Assembly (NCBI GenBank): GCA_036676985.1
Contig: JAKFBU010000050.1
Coordinates: 1 to 55,187 of the forward strand
Source: Candidatus Sericytochromatia bacterium
GTDB lineage: Bacteria; Cyanobacteriota; Sericytochromatia; S15B-MN24; UBA4093
Direction: 5' to 3'
DNA: 55,187 nt
Positions within the stretch are counted from its first letter, which is position 1; every line of letters starts with the position of its first letter. The notes beneath the pieces were generated by a model that was not told the origin of the DNA, ran no database searches, and was given only the letters and a program-made list of their open reading frames with translations. A program made the position numbers and the translations under genes. This document shows, in pieces, positions 29,223-39,354 of the stretch.

Positions 29223-30926
29223 ATGCTACAACGACTGCGCATCGAGAACTTCATCCTCATTGAGGCGCTCGACCTCGCGTTCCACGCCGGACTCTGCGTG
29301 TTGACGGGCGAGACGGGCGCCGGCAAGTCCATCATCATCGACGCCGTGAGCGCCATTCTCGGCGGCAAGGCCGGACCGGACACCATCCGCTCCGGCGCCG
29401 AGCGCGCCCGCCTCGAAGGCACCTTCAAGCTGGAGCCCATGCCGCTCGCCGTGACCGAGTGGCTTGCCCAGGAGGGCATCGAGCCCGCCATCGAGGGCGA
29501 GCTCACGCTGTCGCGCGAGATCACCGCCAAGGGCAGCCGCTGCCGCGTCGAGGGCGTGCCTGTCAACCAGGCGGTTCTCCGGACCCTGGCCGATGCGCTG
29601 GTCGACATCCTCGGCCAGCACGAGCACACCCTGCTCACGCGCCCCCGCGAGCACCTGGGCCTTCTGGACCGCTTCGGCGGACCGGACGTGGAAGGTCTGC
29701 GCGTCCAGGTCGCGCGCGCCCACGGCAAGCTCGCGAGCCTCGCCTCCGAGATCCGGAGCCTCCAGGAGGCCTCCAGCGAGCGCGAGCGGCAACGCGACTT
29801 CTGGCAATACCAGCTCGCCGAGATCGATGAGGCCCGCCTCGAGTCGGAGACCGAGGAAGGGGACCTCAAGGCGGAGCGGACCCTCCTCGCCAACGCCGAG
29901 GACCTCAAGCGGACGCTGGAAGGGGTGCACGTGCGCCTCAGCGAGGCGGACGAGGTCCCGAGTCTCATCGACAGCCTGGGCGACGTCATCTCCGAGCTGC
30001 GCGACGCCGCGGACGTGGATCCCGAGCTCGAGGCGATCGCTACCTCCCTGGACGAGGCCATGGCCCTGGTCGAGGACGCGAGCCGCGAGGTCCGCCGCCG
30101 CGCGGAGCGCCTGGAAGCCGACCCTGGTCGCCTGCACGAGGTGGAGACGCGCCTGGACGTCATTCGGGACATGCTCCGCAAGTACGGCCCCACCATGGCC
30201 GAGCTGTGGGCCTATCGCGACCGCATCCGCAAGGACCTCAAACTCGCGGACACCGCGGGCGATCGCCTCGCGAGCCTCGAGGTCGAGCGTGCCCAGCTCG
30301 CCAAGGACCTCTCCGGCATGGCCACGCGCCTCACGGCCGCCCGCAAGGAGGCCGCAGGTCGCCTGGAGGGCGAGATCGGCCGCGAGCTCGCGGATCTCGG
30401 CATGAAGGACGCGCGCTTCGCCGTCAGCTTCCGGGACCACGCCGAGGTCGCAGCCGAAGGGGCCGAGACCGCCGAGTTCATGCTCGCCCCCAATCCGGGC
30501 GAGCCGCCGCGGCCCCTGGCCAAGACCGCCTCGGGCGGTGAGCTCGCGCGCCTCATGCTCGCCCTCAAGACCGTGCTCGTGCGGGCGGACGCCGTGGGCA
30601 CGCTCATCTTCGACGAGGTCGACACGGGCATCTCGGGCCGCGCCGCCCAGGTGGTGGCCCAGAAGATCGCGTCCCTGGGCCGCCGCTACCAAATCCTGCT
30701 CATCACGCACATGCCCGCCATCGCCGCGATCGCCGACCGTCACTGGCACATCGAGAAGCGCGCCGAGGGCGGCCGCACCCGCCTCTCGGTCGAGGTCCTG
30801 GACACCGAGGGCCAGGTGGCGGAGCTTGCGCACCTCGCCTCCGGCGACACCTCGGGGGCTGCCGTCGACCATGCCCGCGAGCTGTTGGCCAAGGCCTCCA
30901 GCTACAAGCAGGAGGCCGTGCGGTGA
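29223..30926 (+). CDS. recN: DNA repair protein RecN
   Basis: LTGETGAGKS, GQHE, ASGGELAR.ML, FDEVDTGISG, ITH. Confidence 0.96.
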   Translation: MLQRLRIENFILIEALDLAFHAGLCVLTGETGAGKSIIIDAVSAILGGKAGPDTIRSGAERARLEGTFKLEPMPLAVTEWLAQEGIEPAIEGELTLSREITAKGSRCRVEGVPVNQAVLRTLADALVDILGQHEHTLLTRPREHLGLLDRFGGPDVEGLRVQVARAHGKLASLASEIRSLQEASSERERQRDFWQYQLAEIDEARLESETEEGDLKAERTLLANAEDLKRTLEGVHVRLSEADEVPSLIDSLGDVISELRDAADVDPELEAIATSLDEAMALVEDASREVRRRAERLEADPGRLHEVETRLDVIRDMLRKYGPTMAELWAYRDRIRKDLKLADTAGDRLASLEVERAQLAKDLSGMATRLTAARKEAAGRLEGEIGRELADLGMKDARFAVSFRDHAEVAAEGAETAEFMLAPNPGEPPRPLAKTASGGELARLMLALKTVLVRADAVGTLIFDEVDTGISGRAAQVVAQKIASLGRRYQILLITHMPAIAAIADRHWHIEKRAEGGRTRLSVEVLDTEGQVAELAHLASGDTSGAAVDHARELLAKASSYKQEAVR

Positions 30927-31387
30927 ACCGCATCCGGATCAAGCAGGGCGATCGCGAGCTCGAGATCGAGGGCGAGGCCGGCTTCGTCGAGCAGCACCTC
31001 GAGAAGCTGATGGGCGCGACCTTCGGGGCCGCCCCCGTTGCGGCCGTCCAGACCGCCCCCGAGGTCCGCGAGGAGATCCGCCGGGTGCCCGCGTCCTTCG
31101 CGGTCAAGAAGAACCTCTCCCTGGACGACTTCATCGAGCTCAAGGGGCCCCAGGACCTGGTCGATCGCCTGCTCGTGCTCGCCTACTACCAGGAGAAGTA
31201 CGAGGCGACCATCGCCTACACGCTTGCCCAGCTCACGACCCTCTGGGAGGAGCAGTGGCCCGAGCTGCCGCTCGTCGAGGAGACCTGGCAAGCAGCCATC
31301 GAGCGCGGCTACCTGCAGTGGCAGGAAGACGGACGATTGACCCTCAGCTTTTCGGGACATCATTATGTCCGCGATGGGCTCGCTTGA
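30923..31387 (+). CDS. Hypothetical protein, possible winged-helix C-terminus
   Basis: GTGA overlap with recN, GGAGG RBS, host-like codon usage. Confidence 0.7.
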   Translation: MNRIRIKQGDRELEIEGEAGFVEQHLEKLMGATFGAAPVAAVQTAPEVREEIRRVPASFAVKKNLSLDDFIELKGPQDLVDRLLVLAYYQEKYEATIAYTLAQLTTLWEEQWPELPLVEETWQAAIERGYLQWQEDGRLTLSFSGHHYVRDGLA

Positions 31388-31469
31388 CGGCTTTCGCCGA
31401 CGACCGTTGTCCCCCTGGCCCTAACCTTCCGGACGTTCGCCCCCTTACAGTCGGATCACTTCACCGCGT

Positions 31470-32378
31470 GTGATTCCGGTAAGGAGGTTCGTCGTGCGTC
31501 CAACTCGTGCCGCCGCCAGTGCCGTCATGCTGGCCTTGACCCTGCTTGGCTGCCAACAAACCCCGCCTTCCTCTCCCAACCAGAACCGCCTGCAACCGGA
31601 TTCTGCCGCCTCCGAGCGGCCCAAGTTCGTCGCCTCGCCCACCCCGACGCCGAGTGGACCACCCGGCGTGCCATCCGACTGGCCCAGCGTCATCGGAGGC
31701 CCCGGCACCTACACGGCGGACTTCGACGAGGCGAACCCGAGCCTGGCGGACTGGAAGGACCCCAAGCAGGACGACGGCTACACGCACAGCTGGCTCTTCT
31801 CGGGCGGTTGGAGCATCGTCGGCGCCATGCCGATCCGCAACGCCTCGGGCAGCATCATCTCCCGTCCGGCGGGCCGTGCTCTGGAGTACAACGATCTGCG
31901 GCCGCAGCCGGCCCTCAGCTTCCGGCGGTACGCGGGCGACGCCTTCGGGACGGACAACGGCGAGCTTCCCAACCGATACGCCGTGATGCTGCAGGTCACG
32001 CCGATCACTTCGCGCGAGGAGTTCTTCTTCCCCGTGGGGGACCAGGGCACGCCCGTCTACTACATCGACCCCACGCACTACGTGGAGGTGCTCCTCAAGA
32101 ACGACAAGTTCGAGGTCTGGGAGTGCAACGGTGGCGAGCCCCTCAAGTGGCGTGGCTGGCGTCCCTTGTTCGAGGAGGCGGCGAGCCACTCGGCCGGCGT
32201 GCCCGTCAACCTGGGCGCCGAGGTGGACGCCACCCGGGGCACCATCCGCGTCTACAAGAACGGCCAGTTCAAGACCGAGGTCCGGAGCGACATCGTCAAG
32301 CCCTACTCCCACTACTTTGCCCTGCGTGGCGCCAGCAACCGGGTCCAGTTCGACAACCTCGTCATCCGCAGCAACTAG
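31470..32378 (+). CDS. Lipoprotein with probable beta-sandwich (ConA-like) domain
   Basis: Lipobox LLGC, Pro-rich linker, C-terminal VQFDNLVI. Start uncertain. Confidence 0.65.
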   Translation: MIPVRRFVVRPTRAAASAVMLALTLLGCQQTPPSSPNQNRLQPDSAASERPKFVASPTPTPSGPPGVPSDWPSVIGGPGTYTADFDEANPSLADWKDPKQDDGYTHSWLFSGGWSIVGAMPIRNASGSIISRPAGRALEYNDLRPQPALSFRRYAGDAFGTDNGELPNRYAVMLQVTPITSREEFFFPVGDQGTPVYYIDPTHYVEVLLKNDKFEVWECNGGEPLKWRGWRPLFEEAASHSAGVPVNLGAEVDATRGTIRVYKNGQFKTEVRSDIVKPYSHYFALRGASNRVQFDNLVIRSN

Positions 32379-32399
32379 GGCCGTCAGCGGGCTCTAACG

Positions 32400-32433
32400 C
32401 GTCGGGCGCCCACCAAGTGGTGGGCGCCCGACG
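32400..32433. terminator. Perfect GC-rich inverted repeat between convergent genes
   Basis: CGTCGGGCGCCCACCA/TGGTGGGCGCCCGACG, no U-tract. Confidence 0.55.
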
Positions 32434-32436
32434 TCT

Positions 32437-32964
32437 CTAGGTGCCTGGCGGCAGCTCCGGCCTCGGAGGTGGGCGCTTGATCTCCTCGAGGGCCTTCTTG
32501 ATGGCCTCCTTGTGGCTGAGCTCGTCGTCGATCCGGTCGAGCACCTCCCCGGCCGTGCCGACCCCCAGGTGGCCCGCGAGGCGCTGGAGGCGCTCCTGGG
32601 TCTCCATGAGGTTCGCGCGCACCGTGAGGCCCGTGGACCGGACCTTCATGAGGGCGGCCTCCTGCTCCATCTTCGCGATGAGGAGCCGCAGCTCGCTGAT
32701 CTGCGTGTCGTACTGGACGAGCTGGCTGTCCAGGAGCGCCATGAGCTGGGGATCGGGGCTTGCCTGCCCCCTGAGCTGCTCGAGGGACGCCGCCGCCTTC
32801 TTGCGCGCCACCATGAGCTCCGCGAGCTGGAGCTGGGAGTCGCGCACGGCCTTCTCCACCTCCTTGAGCGTGAAGGCCATGACGTCCGAGGGCTTGAGGG
32901 CCGTCTTGAAGAACATGCCCACCAGCTTGTGGGTCAGGATGCGCAGTCCGGCGAAGGCGTTCAT
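32437..32964 (-). CDS. PspA/IM30-like coiled-coil protein, short and divergent
   Basis: Helical pattern like PspA (P..++...L.E+E...; Q+..L...+..+E; LDRIDDE+...EA), next to an SPFH gene. Confidence 0.55.
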   Translation of the reverse strand: MNAFAGLRILTHKLVGMFFKTALKPSDVMAFTLKEVEKAVRDSQLQLAELMVARKKAAASLEQLRGQASPDPQLMALLDSQLVQYDTQISELRLLIAKMEQEAALMKVRSTGLTVRANLMETQERLQRLAGHLGVGTAGEVLDRIDDELSHKEAIKKALEEIKRPPPRPELPPGT

Positions 32965-32967
32965 GGG

Positions 32968-33906
32968 CTAGTTCCGCTTCGCCTGCTGGGCGAGCTCGCC
33001 CAGGTTGAGGAAGGCGTTCTCCGGCACGATCATGAGGTTCGGGGCCTCCTTGAGCGCGTCGGTCTGCATCTTCGTCATCTCGAGGCGGGTGTACTGGTCG
33101 GGCGTGATGCCGAGGGCCGCACGGGCCTTGGCGCGACCCTGCGCCTCGATGAGGGCGGCATCCGCCTTGCCCTGGGCCTCGATGCGCTGGCGCTCGGCCT
33201 CCATGCGCGACTTCTCGAGGTTCTGCCGCGCGGCGAGCGTCTCCTGCTCGATCTGGGCCTTGAGCTCCACCGACTTCTTGATGGCGTCGGGCAGGCCGAT
33301 GTCCGAGACGGCCACCGTCTCGATGGAGACGTAGTCGTCGCCGATGCCGTCGATGTCGATAATCTCGTTCTTGAGGCCGTTCTGCAGCACCTGCTTCATG
33401 AGGCTCGCGACCCGGGCGCCGCGCGTCTGGTAGACGTCGATGATGCCGTACTGGCTGAAGGCGTAGCCCGCGGCCTGCTGGATGACGGGCTCCCAGCGGG
33501 TGGAGACCAGGCCGTTCGGGCCGTCGAAGGGCTTCTTGTAGCGCTGGTAGAGCTGGACGACGTTGCTGTTGTCCGTCGTGAAGTTGGGCTTGTACTGCAC
33601 GCGCAGGTCGACCGAGATGCTCTGGCCTTCCTTGGTGTTCACCGTCAGGTTGTCCAGGTTGATGTTGTCGACCACCGTCGGGAACTCGTAGACGGCCGAG
33701 CCGAAGCCCACGAAGTGGAAGCCCGCCGATAGCGGCTTCGAGTCGATGGAGCCCGTGTAGACGTTGGTCTTGACGCCCACCGCCCCCGGCTCGATGGTGG
33801 CGCAGCCCGCCATGCCCAGGCTGGCGAAGATGACCAAGCCCGCCAGCATGCCGAGCGACAGCAGGATGGAGCGCTTGGGAAACGACTTGAGAAGATCCTG
33901 GCTCAC
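32968..33906 (-). CDS. SPFH/prohibitin (band 7) family membrane protein
   Basis: N-terminal TM, IEPGAVGV, TKEGQSISVDL, LPDAIKKSVE.K, EAE..RIEAQGKADA. Confidence 0.88.
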   Translation of the reverse strand: MSQDLLKSFPKRSILLSLGMLAGLVIFASLGMAGCATIEPGAVGVKTNVYTGSIDSKPLSAGFHFVGFGSAVYEFPTVVDNINLDNLTVNTKEGQSISVDLRVQYKPNFTTDNSNVVQLYQRYKKPFDGPNGLVSTRWEPVIQQAAGYAFSQYGIIDVYQTRGARVASLMKQVLQNGLKNEIIDIDGIGDDYVSIETVAVSDIGLPDAIKKSVELKAQIEQETLAARQNLEKSRMEAERQRIEAQGKADAALIEAQGRAKARAALGITPDQYTRLEMTKMQTDALKEAPNLMIVPENAFLNLGELAQQAKRN

Positions 33907-33919
33907 GGTTCGATCCTTT

Positions 33920-34111
33920 CTAAGGCTTCACATGCAGCTGCCCGCACCCGGGGCACACGTTGTCGTTGGCCCGGAGGGCCTCCAGGTCCTGGCAGCTCGG
34001 GCACATGGCCGCATGCCGGCTGGCCTTCCACTGCCGGAAGAGGACCCACCCCGCAAAGCCGATGGCCCCGAGGACCAAGGCATCGCCCAGGACGATGACC
34101 AGAAAGCGCAT
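33920..34111 (-). CDS. Small membrane protein with CxxC...CxxC Zn ribbon
   Basis: TM helix then CPSC...CPGC. GGGAG RBS. Confidence 0.6.
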   Translation of the reverse strand: MRFLVIVLGDALVLGAIGFAGWVLFRQWKASRHAAMCPSCQDLEALRANDNVCPGCGQLHVKP

Positions 34112-34217
34112 GGCGATTCACTCCCATCGGACGAGCGCCGGCGGCCTCATGCGCCGGGCGAACGCCTCACGCGCTTCATACCCTTGCTTGCTAGAAGTAT
34201 GCGCGCGGGGGAGAGGG

Positions 34218-35210
34218 CTACTTCTTGAGGAAGCGATCGCTCATGCGGATGAGCGTGACCAGGCCGTTGGAGAGGCCTTGCATGGCCTTGATGAGGCCGC
34301 GCACGGGCAGGTTCACGAGCCACTCGAGCCGCTCGCCGGCCTTGTCCATGGCCCCGATGGCCTTGTCCACCCCGGCTCCGGTCTTGCTCAGGCCCGTGGT
34401 CAGCTGGGTTTTGACCTTCTCCGAGTTCTCGTGCAGGGCCGAGGCGCGGTAGGTGGCGCGGACCTGGTAGAGGCTCCGCTCCAGCTCGTGCCAGAAGTCC
34501 GTCTGGGAGTGCTCCTTGGCCTCTTCCTGGGCCTTGGGCAGGGCCTGCTGGAAGGTCTGGAGCATCTGGTCGAGCACACCGGGGTCCGCCCGCCGGATCG
34601 AGGTCTGGAGGTACATGTAGTGGCTGCGCGAGGTGGGGCTGTCGCCGTAATGGGCGATGATGCCCGTGATGGCTCCGTCGTCGCGCGGCACGAAGTACAT
34701 GAAGACCTCGGTGACCACCCGCGTGAGGCCGTACATGCGGTCAGCGGCCTCCATGAGCGCCCCCGGGATGAGCTCCCGGAAGACCATCTCGAGCGACGGG
34801 TCCACCCGCCTGAGGAGGACGCCCTGGTGCTGCACGTCGCCCATGGGCAGCTGGTTCATGCGCAAGGCGCCGCCCGGCGGAGACTGGTTGAGTTCCTTGC
34901 AGAAGCCCGCCTTCCAGACGATGCCCTGCACCTGGAAGCTCATCACCCGCGAGCGCCGGGCCATCTTCTGGATCATGAGGGCATCGGTGCCGTCGACCTC
35001 GCCTACGGCCGCCCCCAGGGCGCCCGAGAGCTGGGCGGTGGACTTGCCGACGCGGTTGTAGGCGGCCTTGATGAAGGGATCGCCCGGGGCGAGCTGGAGG
35101 TCCTCCAGGTCGTTGGGGTTGGTCGGCTTAGGCGCAGGAGGAGGCGTCACCGGACGCGGCGACTCGGCGTCCGACTGACGGCGACGCGGGTGGCGGGGTT
35201 GATCGGCCAT
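34218..35210 (-). CDS. Hypothetical protein
   Basis: 330-aa ORF with GGAGGAGG RBS and host-like codon usage. No motif recognised. Confidence 0.7.
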   Translation of the reverse strand: MADQPRHPRRRQSDAESPRPVTPPPAPKPTNPNDLEDLQLAPGDPFIKAAYNRVGKSTAQLSGALGAAVGEVDGTDALMIQKMARRSRVMSFQVQGIVWKAGFCKELNQSPPGGALRMNQLPMGDVQHQGVLLRRVDPSLEMVFRELIPGALMEAADRMYGLTRVVTEVFMYFVPRDDGAITGIIAHYGDSPTSRSHYMYLQTSIRRADPGVLDQMLQTFQQALPKAQEEAKEHSQTDFWHELERSLYQVRATYRASALHENSEKVKTQLTTGLSKTGAGVDKAIGAMDKAGERLEWLVNLPVRGLIKAMQGLSNGLVTLIRMSDRFLKK

Positions 35211-35274
35211 CTTGTCCCCTCCTCCGTGTGTCCCCTCGCGGGGAAGTGCTGTCTTATCGTTAGCCGCGGGCGCC

Positions 35275-36171
35275 CTAGGTCGACTTGGGATTCAGGTGCC
35301 GGGTCACCGAGATCAGGCTACCTGCGGCCCCCACCCCCATCCCGATGGCGGCCAGGTAGCCGAGGATCTTGAGGGTGTCCAGCGGGTTGGCGACCAGCGG
35401 AATGAACGGGAAGAGCTCCTGGAGCCGGGTGACGACGAAGGCGCGCCACATGAAGAGCACGATGCCCGTGATGAGGGCCCCCGCGAAGCCGAAGAACATG
35501 CCCTCCAGCAAGAAGGGCCAGTGGATGAAGCCCTCGCTCGCGCCCACCAGCTGCATGATCTCGATCTCGCGCCGGCGGTTCTGGACAGCCAGCCGGATGG
35601 TGTTGCCGATGACCGCGAGCGTCGCCATGAAGAGCAGGCCCGTGACGACGAGGCCCAACAGCTGGCTGAAGCTCGCGATCTGCTGGATCTTGGCCAACAG
35701 CTCGCGGCCGAACTTGATGTCCTCGGTGGTCGACAGGCGCGAGACCTGCTCGGCCACCACCGGCGTCAGGTCAGGGTCGCTCATGCGCACCCGCAGGGTG
35801 TTGGGCAGGGGGTTGTCGAGTAGGTTCTCGAACTTGAACTCGGACTTCATCTCGGCCTGGAGCTGGCGCCAGGCCTCGTCGCGCGTGATGAGCTCGACGG
35901 AGTCCACGCCCTCGATGCTGCGGATGGCGGCGGTGGCCACGCTGGGCTCGGCGTCGTCCTTGAGGAAGACCATGATCTCGATCTTGGAGCCGACCGAGCG
36001 CGCCAGGCTGTTGAGGTCCTCGCTGAGCAGCCAGAACCCGCCCAGGATGGACAGGGAAACCGCCATGGTCACGATGACCACCCAGCTCATGTACATCGAG
36101 CGGGTGACGGAGGCGAGGGCCTCCTCGCAGATGAATTCGAACTGTCGCCAGCGGCGCTTAATTGACTCCAA
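35275..36171 (-). CDS. ftsX: Cell division permease FtsX
   Basis: 4 TM segments, NPLP, IGNTIRLAV..RRREIEIM.LVGA...FI.WPFLLEG. Confidence 0.95.
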   Translation of the reverse strand: MESIKRRWRQFEFICEEALASVTRSMYMSWVVIVTMAVSLSILGGFWLLSEDLNSLARSVGSKIEIMVFLKDDAEPSVATAAIRSIEGVDSVELITRDEAWRQLQAEMKSEFKFENLLDNPLPNTLRVRMSDPDLTPVVAEQVSRLSTTEDIKFGRELLAKIQQIASFSQLLGLVVTGLLFMATLAVIGNTIRLAVQNRRREIEIMQLVGASEGFIHWPFLLEGMFFGFAGALITGIVLFMWRAFVVTRLQELFPFIPLVANPLDTLKILGYLAAIGMGVGAAGSLISVTRHLNPKST

Positions 36172-36847
36172 CCGAGTAGACTCCCTTCGCCTGATCGAGG
36201 ACCAGCCGTCCGTTGTCGATGGTCACCACGCGGCGCCGCATGTTGTCGACGACCAGCTTGTTGTGGGTGGAGACGACCACCGTCGTGCCGTGCATGTTGA
36301 TCTTGGTCAAGAGCCGCATGATCTCCCAGGACGTCTCGGGGTCCAGGTTGCCCGTCGGCTCGTCCGCCAAGAGGAGGGGCGGGGTGTTGACGATGGCGCG
36401 TGCGAGGCAGACCCGCTGCTGCTGACCGCCCGAGAGCTGGTGCGGCATGGCGTCCATGTAGTCCCGCAGGCCGACCAGATCGAGGCTGGAGCGGACCCGC
36501 TTCTGCAGCTCCGCGCGCGAGGTGCCGAGCACCTTGAGGGCGAAGGCCACGTTCTCGAAGACCGTGCGCTGCGGCAGGAGCTTGTAGTCCTGGAACACCA
36601 CGCCGATGCGCTGGCGCAGGCTCGAGAGCTGTCGGTTGGGCAGGCGGCCCACATCCACCCCGCCGATGACGATTTGCCCCGAGGTGGGTGCCTCCGAGCG
36701 GTAGAGGAGCTTCATGAGGGTCGACTTGCCGGCGCCCGAGGGTCCCACGAGGAACACAAACTCCCCGACGGCCACGTCGAGGTTCACGTTGACGAGGGCC
36801 TTGACCCCGTTGGAGTAGATCTTGGAGGCGTTACGGATTCGGATCAC
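36158..36847 (-). CDS. ftsE: Cell division ATP-binding protein FtsE
   Basis: GPSGAGKST, IGVVFQDYKLL, LSGGQQQR, ADEPTGNLDP. Confidence 0.95.
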   Translation of the reverse strand: MIRIRNASKIYSNGVKALVNVNLDVAVGEFVFLVGPSGAGKSTLMKLLYRSEAPTSGQIVIGGVDVGRLPNRQLSSLRQRIGVVFQDYKLLPQRTVFENVAFALKVLGTSRAELQKRVRSSLDLVGLRDYMDAMPHQLSGGQQQRVCLARAIVNTPPLLLADEPTGNLDPETSWEIMRLLTKINMHGTTVVVSTHNKLVVDNMRRRVVTIDNGRLVLDQAKGVYSVGVN

Positions 36848-36859
36848 CGGAAAACTCCT

Positions 36860-37576
36860 CTACTTCTGCCACATGACCAGCCACGCGAAGCGCGGAAGGG
36901 TCGAGCCCATGCGTTTCCAGCGCCACGGTTCCTGGATCAGCCGGTACAGCCACTCGAGGTGCAGGCGCTGGAACCCTGCAGGCGCTCGCTTGACGCGATC
37001 GGCCAGGACATCGAAGCTGCCCCCGACCCCCATGGCGACCGGAATCCCGAGCGCCTGCTGGTGGCGCGCGATCCACTTCTCCTGCCGCGGCACCCCGAGG
37101 GCCACCAGCAACACGTCCGGCTGCGCCGCGCGGATGCCGTCCAAGAGGGCGGGCTCCTCGTCGGGCGTGAAGAAGCCCGACCGAGTGCCGGCGATCGCAA
37201 GCCCCGGATACCGCTCCTGGAGCTTGGCCGCCGCCGCGTCCGCCACGCCTTCGGCCGCCCCGAAGAGGTAGAGGCTCTTGCCGTTCTCGGCGCACCAGCG
37301 GGCCACGTGACCCAGAAAGTCCACGCCCGCGAGCTTCGCGACCGGCCGACCCTGGCGACGGACCGCCCAGACCACTCCCGAGCCGTCCGGCAATACCAGC
37401 CCCGACCGACGCAGGATGTCGCCCAGCTCCGGATCCGCCAGCCCCTGCATGGCCATCTCGGCGTTGATGGTGACCACCTGCAGGGGAGCCTTTTCCCGGA
37501 TGGCCGTGGCGACCCGCTCCACCGCCGCGTCGACCGCGACGGGATCGACCGGAAACCCTAAGACGTGCGCTCTCAC
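36860..37576 (-). CDS. tagA: WecB/TagA/CpsF glycosyltransferase
   Basis: VVTINAE, PDGSGVVWA, VALGVPRQEKWI, GVGGSFDV, RAP...LEWLYRL. Confidence 0.9.
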   Translation of the reverse strand: MRAHVLGFPVDPVAVDAAVERVATAIREKAPLQVVTINAEMAMQGLADPELGDILRRSGLVLPDGSGVVWAVRRQGRPVAKLAGVDFLGHVARWCAENGKSLYLFGAAEGVADAAAAKLQERYPGLAIAGTRSGFFTPDEEPALLDGIRAAQPDVLLVALGVPRQEKWIARHQQALGIPVAMGVGGSFDVLADRVKRAPAGFQRLHLEWLYRLIQEPWRWKRMGSTLPRFAWLVMWQK

Positions 37577-37578
37577 CC

Positions 37579-38730
37579 TTATACCCCCGTCTCAGAGGCC
37601 TCAACCGCCTTGCTTGGACGGTCGTTGCCAAGCAGGCGATCGATGGTCTCGAAGTTCATGCGGGCCTTGGCGCGCCACTCGGCGCCCGCCGCGACCAGCC
37701 GCTGGCGGGTCGCCTCACGGTCCTGCCAGGCCTGCGACAGCATGTGCTCGAAGGTCTTGGCGTCGTCCAGGGCCTCGATGGACGGCACGCTCGGAAAGCC
37801 CCACTGGCTGCACAGGTGCGCCACCTTGGGATCGTAGACGAGCCCCACCGACGGCACCCCGGAGGAGGCCGCCATGATGAGGGCGTGCAGCCGCATGCCG
37901 ATGACCAGGTCCATGCGCCCGATGAGGCCTTCCATCTCGGGGGCCGTCAGCGGCGATCGCAGCATGGCGACCGGAGCCACGTGGCCCTCCGGCCGATAGC
38001 GCAGGCAGTCGTAGAGCTCCTCGGTGATCCGCTCGTCGCCGGGCATCTGGAACGGCAGGAGCACCAGCTGGGCGCCACTCTCCATGGACAGCTGCGTCAG
38101 CGCGGTGTTGAAGACCTTGAACTGGCGCTCGAACCAGGTGTACCAGGGCCGCACGGCGACGGCGATCTTGGGGCGATCGGGCTCGAGGCCGATGGAGGCG
38201 GCGATCTCGTCTACCCGCTCGGAGGAGGCGGGCTGGAGGCAGAGCACCGGATCGGCCGCGAGCACCAGGCGATCGGAAGCCACGCCCAGGGACCGGGCCA
38301 GGTCGTAGGAGGCCTGGTCGCGGACGGTGACGGCCTGGGCGCGCCCGAAGGCGGCGCGCACCACCAGGCGGCTCGACAGGTTCTTGAGGGGGCCGATGCC
38401 CTGGCCGAAGACCATGGTGGGCACGCCGCGCCACTGGGCGAGCTTCATGAGGCCCGCGTAGTAGGGCACCGAGAGGCTGCCGGTCACATCCTGCATGAGG
38501 CCGCCGCCGCCCGAGAGGAAGAGGCTCGCCCCGGACAGCGCCTGCCAGATGGCTCCCATGTCGGTGCGCCCGATGGCGCGCACGCCGAACTCGGCCGTGG
38601 TCTCGATCGGGTTGGCCGAGAGCACCACCAGCTCGTAGCGGTCCTTGAGCTGCTGGACGAGAGTCGCGAGGATCGCCTCATCCCCGAGGTTTCCGAAGCC
38701 GTAGTAGCCTGAAATGACGATCCGGTGCAA
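37579..38730 (-). CDS. csaB: Polysaccharide pyruvyl transferase CsaB
   Basis: SGYYGFGNLGDEAIL, GGGGLMQDVT, QGIGP, VRD..S, MRLHALI, YDPKV. Confidence 0.92.
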   Translation of the reverse strand: MHRIVISGYYGFGNLGDEAILATLVQQLKDRYELVVLSANPIETTAEFGVRAIGRTDMGAIWQALSGASLFLSGGGGLMQDVTGSLSVPYYAGLMKLAQWRGVPTMVFGQGIGPLKNLSSRLVVRAAFGRAQAVTVRDQASYDLARSLGVASDRLVLAADPVLCLQPASSERVDEIAASIGLEPDRPKIAVAVRPWYTWFERQFKVFNTALTQLSMESGAQLVLLPFQMPGDERITEELYDCLRYRPEGHVAPVAMLRSPLTAPEMEGLIGRMDLVIGMRLHALIMAASSGVPSVGLVYDPKVAHLCSQWGFPSVPSIEALDDAKTFEHMLSQAWQDREATRQRLVAAGAEWRAKARMNFETIDRLLGNDRPSKAVEASETGV

Positions 38731-38754
38731 GCGCTCTCCTGATGCTAGTGATGC

Positions 38755-39354
38755 CTAGGCGTTCATCTGCTGACGCAGGGCCTCGTCGATGTCCGTCTCC
38801 TGGCAGTAACCGAGGGCTCTGAGGGCCTCGCCCAGGCGCTCGCCGGTCTCCTTTTGGCGCGTGAGGCCTTCGGCCAGCTGCTCCTCGGTCAACGACCCGG
38901 AGACCAGCAGGATCTGTCCCAGCTTGGCCTCCTGGTACTGCACGGCCATCAGAGCGGAAAGCTTCTCGGCCGAGACCACGCCCTCGCGGATCAAGACCTC
39001 GGGCAGGCTCGTGTCGCCCTCGGAGCGCATGGTGGCGTAGGCCGCCTGCAGCTCCTCGACGCCGATGGTCCGGGTCTTGAGGAGCATCTGGCCCAGCCGC
39101 GTCTCCGCGTATTGACAACCCAGCGCCCAGCTGATCTGACCGGCCGTGCAGTAGCCCAATTGTACCAGGATCTCGCCCAGAAGTCCGCCGGCGGCGCGCT
39201 GGATGTCCAGGGCGCTTTCGAGGTCGGTGTCGGTCAAGACGCCCGTCCGGGTGAGGATTTGCCCCAGGCGCACATCGTTGAGAAGCTCGTGGCGCAAGCG
39301 TTGACCTTGCCGGTGGTCGTCCATGAGCAAGGCTTCGAGATCGCTCCAGTTCAC
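38755..39354 (-). CDS. Stand-alone tandem MshEN-motif protein (6 motifs, about 3 domains)
   Basis: RLGQILTRTG..TDTDLESALDIQ-type repeats. GTG 39354 overlaps the TPR stop codon, AAGGAGG RBS. Confidence 0.85.
   Translation of the reverse strand: MNWSDLEALLMDDHRQGQRLRHELLNDVRLGQILTRTGVLTDTDLESALDIQRAAGGLLGEILVQLGYCTAGQISWALGCQYAETRLGQMLLKTRTIGVEELQAAYATMRSEGDTSLPEVLIREGVVSAEKLSALMAVQYQEAKLGQILLVSGSLTEEQLAEGLTRQKETGERLGEALRALGYCQETDIDEALRQQMNA

Noticed and set aside
37577-37606. GGGTAT promoter-like motif before tagA
   Set aside because: It coincides with the last codons and stop of csaB and is too close to the next start, so it is likely coincidental.
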